Shown here: positions 25,420-32,000 of the stretch, piece by piece
Layout of the letters: each line of letters opens with the position of its first letter
How positions within the stretch are numbered: the first letter of the stretch is position 1
Source of the DNA: Alkalilimnicola ehrlichii MLHE-1
Lineage (GTDB): Bacteria; Pseudomonadota; Gammaproteobacteria; Nitrococcales; Halorhodospiraceae
Assembly: GCF_000014785.1 (NCBI RefSeq)
Contig: NC_008340.1
Coordinates: 1,890,001 to 1,922,000, forward strand
Length of the DNA: 32,000 nt
Direction: 5' to 3'
Translations under genes and position numbers: made by a program
Notes under the pieces: model-generated
What the model saw: only the letters and a program-made list of their open reading frames with translations
The model's database searches: none
Told to the model about the DNA's origin: nothing

Positions 25420-25443
25420 GCGGGGCCGGCCCGCCGGCCCCGC
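25420..25443 (+). terminator. GC-rich perfect hairpin immediately after fccB (terminator or mRNA-stabilising stem-loop)
   Basis: GCGGGGCCGG (25420-25429) pairs perfectly with CCGGCCCCGC (25434-25443) around a 4-nt loop CCCG. It starts 7 nt after the fccB stop. No U-tract follows. Confidence 0.45.
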
Positions 25444-25501
25444 TGCCCGCCACCCGCGCGACGAACCGATCCCGTAACACCATTCCCGTCAGGAGTTGTC
25501 C

Positions 25502-28426
25502 ATGAGCACCACCGCGGCATCGCAGGCGGCCGGTCCCCGGCTGCCCGAGTTCGAGCCCCATGACCGCCAGGAGGTCAAGACCACCACCTGCTACATGTGC
25601 GCCTGCCGCTGCGGCATCAAGGTGACGCTGGAGGAGGGCCAGGTCCGCTTCATCCAGGGCAACCCCGACCACCCGGTCAACCGGGGTGCCCTTTGCGCCA
25701 AGGGCAATGCCGGCATCATGAAGCAGTACTCCCCGGCCAAGCTCAGCAAGCCGCTGATGCGCAAGCCGGGCAGCGAACGCGGCAAGGGCGATTTCGAAGA
25801 GGTCTCCTGGGACAAGGCGCTGGACGTGCTCGCACAGCGGCTCGCCGAGATCCGGCGCACGGACCCGAAGAAGCTCGCCTACTTCACCGGCCGCGACCAG
25901 ATGCAGGCATTGACCGGCCTCTGGGCAGCCCAATTCGGCACGGTCAACTGGGCCGCCCACGGCGGGTTCTGCTCGGTCAACATGGCCGCCGCCGGGCTCT
26001 ACACCATGGGCCATGCCTTCTGGGAGTTCGGCGATCCGGACTGGGAGCGCACCAAGTACCTGATGCTTTGGGGGGTGGCCGAGGACCACGGCTCCAATCC
26101 CTTCAAGATCGGCATCGGCAAGCTCAAGGGCCGCGGCGGCCGCTTCGTCGCCATCAATCCGGTCCGCACCGGCTACCAGGCGGTCGCGGATGAATGGGTG
26201 CCCATCCGCCCCGGCACCGATGGCATGCTCGCCATGGCGATGATCCACGTGCTGTTGCGCGAGGAGCAGTTCGACTGGGAATACCTGATCCGCTACACCA
26301 ACGCCCACCACCTGGTGGTGCAGACCCCCGGCGAGCCGGGCCACGGGCTGCTGCTGCGCGACGAGAACGACAAGCCACTGAGCTGGGACCTGGAGCGCGA
26401 GGCGTTCGTCGACGCCACCCAACCCGACATCGCCCCCGCCCTGTTCGGCGACTACCAGGCGCCCGATGGCCGCCCGGTGAAGACCGTGATGAGCCTGATG
26501 GCGGAACGCTACCTGAGCGAGGACTACAGCCCGGAGCGCGCCGCCGAGGTCTGCGGGGTGAGCGCCGACACCATCGAGCGCCTGGCGCTGGAACTGGCCC
26601 ACGTGGCCTTCAAAGAGAGCATCGAGATCGAATGCGAATGGACCGACTGGGCGGGTCGTAAGCACGACCGCATCATCGGGCGCCCGGTCTCCATGCACGC
26701 GATGCGCGGGATCTCCGCGCACTCCAACGGTTTTCAGGCCTGCCGGGCCATCCACCTGCTGCAGATCCTGCTCGGCTCGGTGGATGTACCCGGGGGGCAT
26801 CGGGCCAAACCGCCCTACCCCAAGCCGGTGCCACCGCCCATCAAACCCGCGCGACCGACGGCGCCGGGGGAACCGCTGGCCGGCCCGCCGCTGGGCTTCC
26901 CCAAGGCCCCGGAGGATCTACTGATCGACGACCAGGGCAACCCGCTGCGCCTGGACAAGGCCTACTCCTGGGAGGCGCCCCTGGCCAACCACGGCATGAT
27001 GCACATGGTGATCACCAATGCCGTGAAGGGCGACCCCTACCCCATCGACACGCTGATGCTGTTCATGGCCAACATGGCCTGGAACTCCACCATGAACACC
27101 TCCGGCGTGCTGAAGATGCTGCGCGAGAAGAACGGCAACGGGGAGTACAAGATCCCCTTCCTGGTGGTGGTGGACGCCTTCCACTCGGAGACCGTGCAGT
27201 ACGCCGACCTGGTCCTGCCTGACACCACCTATCTGGAGCGCCACGACGTAATCTCCATGCTCGACCGGCCCATCTCCGAGCCGGACGGGCCCGCGGACGC
27301 GATCCGCCAGCCGGTGGTGGAGCCGGACCGCGACGTGCGCCCCTGGCAGGAGGTGATGATCGACCTGGCCGGCCGGCTCGGGCTGCCGGCGTTCACCAAC
27401 GAGGACGGCAGCCCCAAGTACAGCGGCTATCTCGACTTCATCACCCGCTTCGAGAAGGCACCCGGCGTGGGCTTTCTCGCCGGCTGGCGCGGCAAGGAGG
27501 GGGACCAGGACCTGCGCGGTGAACCCAATCCGGACCAGTGGACGCGCTACAAGGAGAATGGCTGCTTCTACAAGTACGAGCTGCCGCTCTCCCACCAGTT
27601 CTACAAGTTCGCCAACAAGGGCTACCTGGAGTGGGCCCGCGATGCCGGCCTCAACGGCAGCGCCGATCCCATCGTCTTCGAACTCTACTCCGAGACCCTG
27701 CAGCGGTTCCGGCTCGCGGGCCAGGGGCTCTACGACGGCCCTTGTCCCACTGACCCGGAGGACCGTCAGCGCCTGAGCAGCTACTTCGATCCGCTGCCCT
27801 TCCACTACACCCCGCTGGAGGAGACCCGTTGCGACGGCGAGGCCTACCCCTTCCACGCGGTCAACCAGCGCCCCATGTTCATGTACCACTCCTGGGACAG
27901 CCAGAACGCCTGGCTTCGTCAACTGCAGGCCTATAACCGGCTGCACATCAACCGGGCCCAGGGTGAGCGCATGGGCCTGGCCGATGACGACTGGGTCTGG
28001 GTGGAGTCGCACCTGGGCCGCATCCGGGTCCAGATCCGGCTCATGGAAGGCGTGCAGGAGAACACCGTCTGGACCTGGAATGCCATTGCCAAGCAATCCG
28101 GCGCCTGGGGACTGGATCCCGAGGCCCCGGAGGCGCGCCAGGGGTTTCTCATGAACCACCTGATCTCCGAGCTGCTGCCCAAGCGCAACGGCGGACGGGA
28201 CATCACTAACTCCGATCCCATCACCGGCCAGGCCGCCTGGTACGACCTGCGGGTCCGCATCCGCAAGGCCGAGCCGGGCGAGACCGGCAGCTGGCCGCAG
28301 TTCGAGACCTTGCAACTCATCCCCGGCGTGCAACGCGCGCCCGCCGATGAGCTGCGCTACGCCGTACACGAACCGGTGCGCCTGCACCGTTCCATGCACG
28401 ACATACTCAACCGGAGAGGGGCATGA
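25502..28426 (+). CDS. soeA: Cytoplasmic sulfite-oxidising molybdoenzyme, catalytic Mo-bisPGD subunit (SoeA-type)
   Basis: 974-aa DMSO-reductase-family protein with an N-terminal Fe-S motif CYMCACRCGIKV...C and no twin-arginine signal. It is followed by a 230-aa ferredoxin subunit and a 315-aa membrane anchor, matching the subunit sizes I recall for SoeABC in A. vinosum. ATG 25502 with AGGAG 6 nt upstream is preferred over the TTG at 25496. Confidence 0.8.
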   Translation: MSTTAASQAAGPRLPEFEPHDRQEVKTTTCYMCACRCGIKVTLEEGQVRFIQGNPDHPVNRGALCAKGNAGIMKQYSPAKLSKPLMRKPGSERGKGDFEEVSWDKALDVLAQRLAEIRRTDPKKLAYFTGRDQMQALTGLWAAQFGTVNWAAHGGFCSVNMAAAGLYTMGHAFWEFGDPDWERTKYLMLWGVAEDHGSNPFKIGIGKLKGRGGRFVAINPVRTGYQAVADEWVPIRPGTDGMLAMAMIHVLLREEQFDWEYLIRYTNAHHLVVQTPGEPGHGLLLRDENDKPLSWDLEREAFVDATQPDIAPALFGDYQAPDGRPVKTVMSLMAERYLSEDYSPERAAEVCGVSADTIERLALELAHVAFKESIEIECEWTDWAGRKHDRIIGRPVSMHAMRGISAHSNGFQACRAIHLLQILLGSVDVPGGHRAKPPYPKPVPPPIKPARPTAPGEPLAGPPLGFPKAPEDLLIDDQGNPLRLDKAYSWEAPLANHGMMHMVITNAVKGDPYPIDTLMLFMANMAWNSTMNTSGVLKMLREKNGNGEYKIPFLVVVDAFHSETVQYADLVLPDTTYLERHDVISMLDRPISEPDGPADAIRQPVVEPDRDVRPWQEVMIDLAGRLGLPAFTNEDGSPKYSGYLDFITRFEKAPGVGFLAGWRGKEGDQDLRGEPNPDQWTRYKENGCFYKYELPLSHQFYKFANKGYLEWARDAGLNGSADPIVFELYSETLQRFRLAGQGLYDGPCPTDPEDRQRLSSYFDPLPFHYTPLEETRCDGEAYPFHAVNQRPMFMYHSWDSQNAWLRQLQAYNRLHINRAQGERMGLADDDWVWVESHLGRIRVQIRLMEGVQENTVWTWNAIAKQSGAWGLDPEAPEARQGFLMNHLISELLPKRNGGRDITNSDPITGQAAWYDLRVRIRKAEPGETGSWPQFETLQLIPGVQRAPADELRYAVHEPVRLHRSMHDILNRRGA

Positions 28427-29115
28427 AGCTGGGACTGGTCATCGACACGGACACCTGCGTGGGCTGTCACGCCTGCGCGGTGGCCTGCAAGCAGTGGAAC
28501 ACCTCGGGCACGCTCGGGCCGCTGACCGACTATCAGCCATGGGGCGAGGCGCCCTCCGGGGTCTGGTTCAACCGGGTGCGTACCTACGAGGAGGGCGACT
28601 ACCCCCATTGCAAGACGGTGAACCTACCCATGTCCTGCATGCACTGCGAGGACCCGGTCTGCGTCACCGTCTGCCCCACCGGGGCCTCCTACAAGCGGGA
28701 GGAGGACGGCATTGTCCTAATCGATCAGGACAAATGCATGGGCTGCAACTACTGCGCCTGGGCCTGCCCTTACGGCGCCCGGGAGCTGGATCGCGCCACC
28801 GGGACGATGAAGAAGTGCACCCTGTGCGTGGACCGGATCTACGACGAGTCCCTGCCGGAGGCGGAACGCCAGCCCGCCTGCGTATTGGCCTGCCCGGCCC
28901 GGGCGCGCCACTTTGGCGATCTGAACGATCCCGACTCCGATGTCAGCCGCCTGGTCCGCGAGCGCCGCGGCCAGGGCCTGATGAATGAGTTGGGCTACCG
29001 GCCGGTGAACCGCTATCTGCCGCCCCGGAACCCGCAAGCCACCCCCACCGTCGAGCCCAAGCCCGGTCTGGGCGACCGGCTGCGGAACTGGGTCAACCGC
29101 GTCGTCCACCGCTGA
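28423..29115 (+). CDS. soeB: SoeB-type 4x[Fe-S] electron-transfer subunit
   Basis: CVGCHACAVACK, CMHCEDPVCVTVCP, CMGCNYCAWACP and CTLC...C clusters. The start overlaps the soeA stop (ATGA). Confidence 0.8.
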   Translation: MKLGLVIDTDTCVGCHACAVACKQWNTSGTLGPLTDYQPWGEAPSGVWFNRVRTYEEGDYPHCKTVNLPMSCMHCEDPVCVTVCPTGASYKREEDGIVLIDQDKCMGCNYCAWACPYGARELDRATGTMKKCTLCVDRIYDESLPEAERQPACVLACPARARHFGDLNDPDSDVSRLVRERRGQGLMNELGYRPVNRYLPPRNPQATPTVEPKPGLGDRLRNWVNRVVHR

Positions 29116-29129
29116 CAGGAGGAGCCTCA

Positions 29130-30077
29130 ATGCATCCACCACTTTCCGTCGTGGGCTTCACCGTCCTCTCCGGCGCAGGCTACGGTTTCATCGCGCTGTT
29201 CGTCATCGCCGCCATGCTTCAGCTCGGCGGACCGGTGGCTGGCGGGGAACTGACTGCTGCCGCGATTATCGGTTTCCTGCTCATCACCGTCGGCCTGCTG
29301 CTCTCCACCGGGCACTTGGCCAACCCGCGCAACGCCTGGCGCGCCTTCAGTCGCTTCCGCAGCTCCTGGCTGTCCCGCGAAGCGGTGCTGGCCGTGCTTT
29401 TCTACCCCGTCGCCGCGCTCTACCTGCTCGGACTGCTTCTGGGCGACGGGGTGAGCCACGGGCCGGTCACCGGCCTGCTGGGCGTGCTCACCGTCATCCT
29501 GGCCCTGGGCACGGTGCTGGCCACCGGCATGATTTATGCTTGTCTGCCCACCATCCGGGCCTGGCACTCCAGCCTGACCCCGATCAACTACCTGTTGATG
29601 GGGCTGGCCCTGGGCGGGTTACTGCTGGTGCTGGTCCGCGGAACCGGCGGGGCCGACCTCACCCCTGTCACCGCCCTGGCCCTGCTCCTTTTGGTCCTGG
29701 CCGGACTGGGCAAATTGCTGCATTACGACTGGCAACGCCGCCAGGCCCACCGCGGCCCGGACGCCGGCAGCGCCACCGGCCTGACCGGAGGCCGCGTCCG
29801 CCTGTTGGATCCGGGGCATACCAGCGGCACCTTCCTCACGGAGGAGTTCATCCACGGCGCCGATGAGGACGGCATCCGGGTCCTGCGCCGCCTGGTACTG
29901 ATGGCGGGGTTCGTGATACCGGCCTTGATGCTGCTGGCCATGGCCACCTCCCCCGCCCTTTGGCCGGTGGCGCTGGCGCTGCCCATCGCCTTTGCCGGGG
30001 TCCTGCTGGAGCGCTGGCTGTTCTTCGTCGAGGCCCGGCACGTGGTCCGTCACTACAACGTCCGTACCGCCGTCTGA
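29130..30077 (+). CDS. soeC: SoeC-type (DmsC/NrfD-like) membrane anchor
   Basis: 315-aa polytopic hydrophobic protein, 14 nt after soeB. Confidence 0.75.
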   Translation: MHPPLSVVGFTVLSGAGYGFIALFVIAAMLQLGGPVAGGELTAAAIIGFLLITVGLLLSTGHLANPRNAWRAFSRFRSSWLSREAVLAVLFYPVAALYLLGLLLGDGVSHGPVTGLLGVLTVILALGTVLATGMIYACLPTIRAWHSSLTPINYLLMGLALGGLLLVLVRGTGGADLTPVTALALLLLVLAGLGKLLHYDWQRRQAHRGPDAGSATGLTGGRVRLLDPGHTSGTFLTEEFIHGADEDGIRVLRRLVLMAGFVIPALMLLAMATSPALWPVALALPIAFAGVLLERWLFFVEARHVVRHYNVRTAV

Positions 30078-30167
30078 CTTAAGGGGCACTACGCCCCCGT
30101 CGCGGTCACCCCAAACGGGCCGCGGCGGGTCGCACGGCCGGTTCGATCGATTGCGGAGGTAAACACC

Positions 30168-30758
30168 GTGGGCAAGATCAAACGTGGCATCCGCTATATA
30201 CTGCGGCCGCCCACCAAGCTGGCCACCTGTGCGGTCATCTCGGCCGTGGCCATTGTCGTCCTCGGCTTTTTCGCGTCGGTGAACGCCTTTGTCGCCTTCA
30301 CCAACACCTCGGAGTTCTGCGCCTCCTGCCACAGCATCGCCCCCGCGGTGGAGGAGTGGCGGGAGAGCAGCCACTACGCCAACGCCCACGGGGTGCGCGC
30401 GGAGTGCGCCGACTGTCATGTCCCGGACACCCTGGGCGCGACCCTGGCGGCCAAGGTTCGGGCGATCAATGACATCTACCACCACTTCGCCGGCACCATT
30501 GACACCCCTGAAAAGTTCGAGGAACGCCGGCCGGTGCTGGCGCAACGGGTCTGGGACGCCATGGAGGCGGACGATTCACTGGCCTGCCGTAGTTGCCACA
30601 GCTGGGACAGCATGGACCTGGCCCAACAGTCCGGTCGCGGCGGCCGCAACCACCGCGAGGCCATGGAAGAGGGCAAGACCTGCATCAGCTGCCACCAGGG
30701 CGTGGTGCACAAGCTCCCGGGCGAGGACGAGGACCCGGGCTTCGACCTCGGTCTTTGA
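30168..30758 (+). CDS. NapC/NirT-family membrane-anchored tetrahaem cytochrome c (quinol dehydrogenase type)
   Basis: N-terminal TM helix (CAVISAVAIVVLGFFASV) and four CxxCH motifs (CASCH, CADCH, CRSCH, CISCH) in 196 aa. GTG start with GGAGG 7 nt upstream. Confidence 0.85.
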   Translation: MGKIKRGIRYILRPPTKLATCAVISAVAIVVLGFFASVNAFVAFTNTSEFCASCHSIAPAVEEWRESSHYANAHGVRAECADCHVPDTLGATLAAKVRAINDIYHHFAGTIDTPEKFEERRPVLAQRVWDAMEADDSLACRSCHSWDSMDLAQQSGRGGRNHREAMEEGKTCISCHQGVVHKLPGEDEDPGFDLGL

Positions 30759-30804
30759 CCTCCCCGATCCACCGGGCCCGGGTCGCCGGAACGCGGCCCG
30801 ACCC

Positions 30805-30820
30805 CCTCCCAAAAGGGATA
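30805..30820. promoter_or_regulatory. Degenerate copy of the TATCCC-N4-GGGATA palindrome upstream of cysG
   Basis: CCTCCC-AAAA-GGGATA: the right arm is perfect, the left arm matches 4 of 6, and the inner TCCC/GGGA arms are symmetric. It lies 97 nt upstream of the cysG ATG, similar to the spacing at the tusA-unit site. Confidence 0.25.
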
Positions 30821-30821
30821 G

Positions 30822-32000
<1,179 letters not shown>

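Noticed and set aside
25496-25501. TTG start for soeA as given in the track
   Set aside because: The ATG two codons downstream (25502) sits 6 nt from an AGGAG RBS. The TTG would directly abut the RBS.
30136-30150. GGTTCGATCGA resembling a tRNA T-loop in the soeC/NapC-like spacer
   Set aside because: There are no flanking complementary T-stem, acceptor or anticodon arms. It is just a TCGATCGA palindrome.

Overview
High-GC (roughly 65%) window, almost fully coding. It reads as a consolidated sulfur-oxidation locus from a purple-sulfur or Ectothiorhodospiraceae-like gammaproteobacterium; that taxon call is inference from gene content and composition. On the + strand, 3988-20378 is one tightly spaced reverse-dsr operon: dsrABEFHCMKLJOP, a TrpD2/YbiB-like gene, dsrN, a YeeE/YedE permease and a SulP-STAS anion transporter. 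No dsrR or dsrS is present. Next comes a minus-strand two-component system (soluble Cys-rich GAF histidine kinase plus NarL-type regulator). It is followed on the + strand by a 65-aa ORF, tusA, fccAB, soeABC, a NapC/NirT tetraheme cytochrome and the 5' part of cysG. cysG is real but missing from the ORF track because it runs off the window. The left end holds the tail of a rhodanese gene and, divergent from dsrA, a translationally coupled 5-gene minus-strand operon. That operon encodes a TauD-like Fe/2OG dioxygenase, an 80-aa protein, an orphan Cas6/Cmx6-like RAMP protein, a 202-aa unknown and a DUF3050 heme-oxygenase-fold protein, with no CRISPR array or other cas genes in view. It is the best candidate for an undescribed system. 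An identical 16-nt palindrome, TATCCCCTTTGGGATA, sits upstream of dsrA and upstream of the tusA unit, with a degenerate copy upstream of cysG, which suggests a shared operator. I saw no rRNA, tRNA, CRISPR array, transposase or integrase. Many long antisense ORFs in the track are high-GC shadow ORFs.
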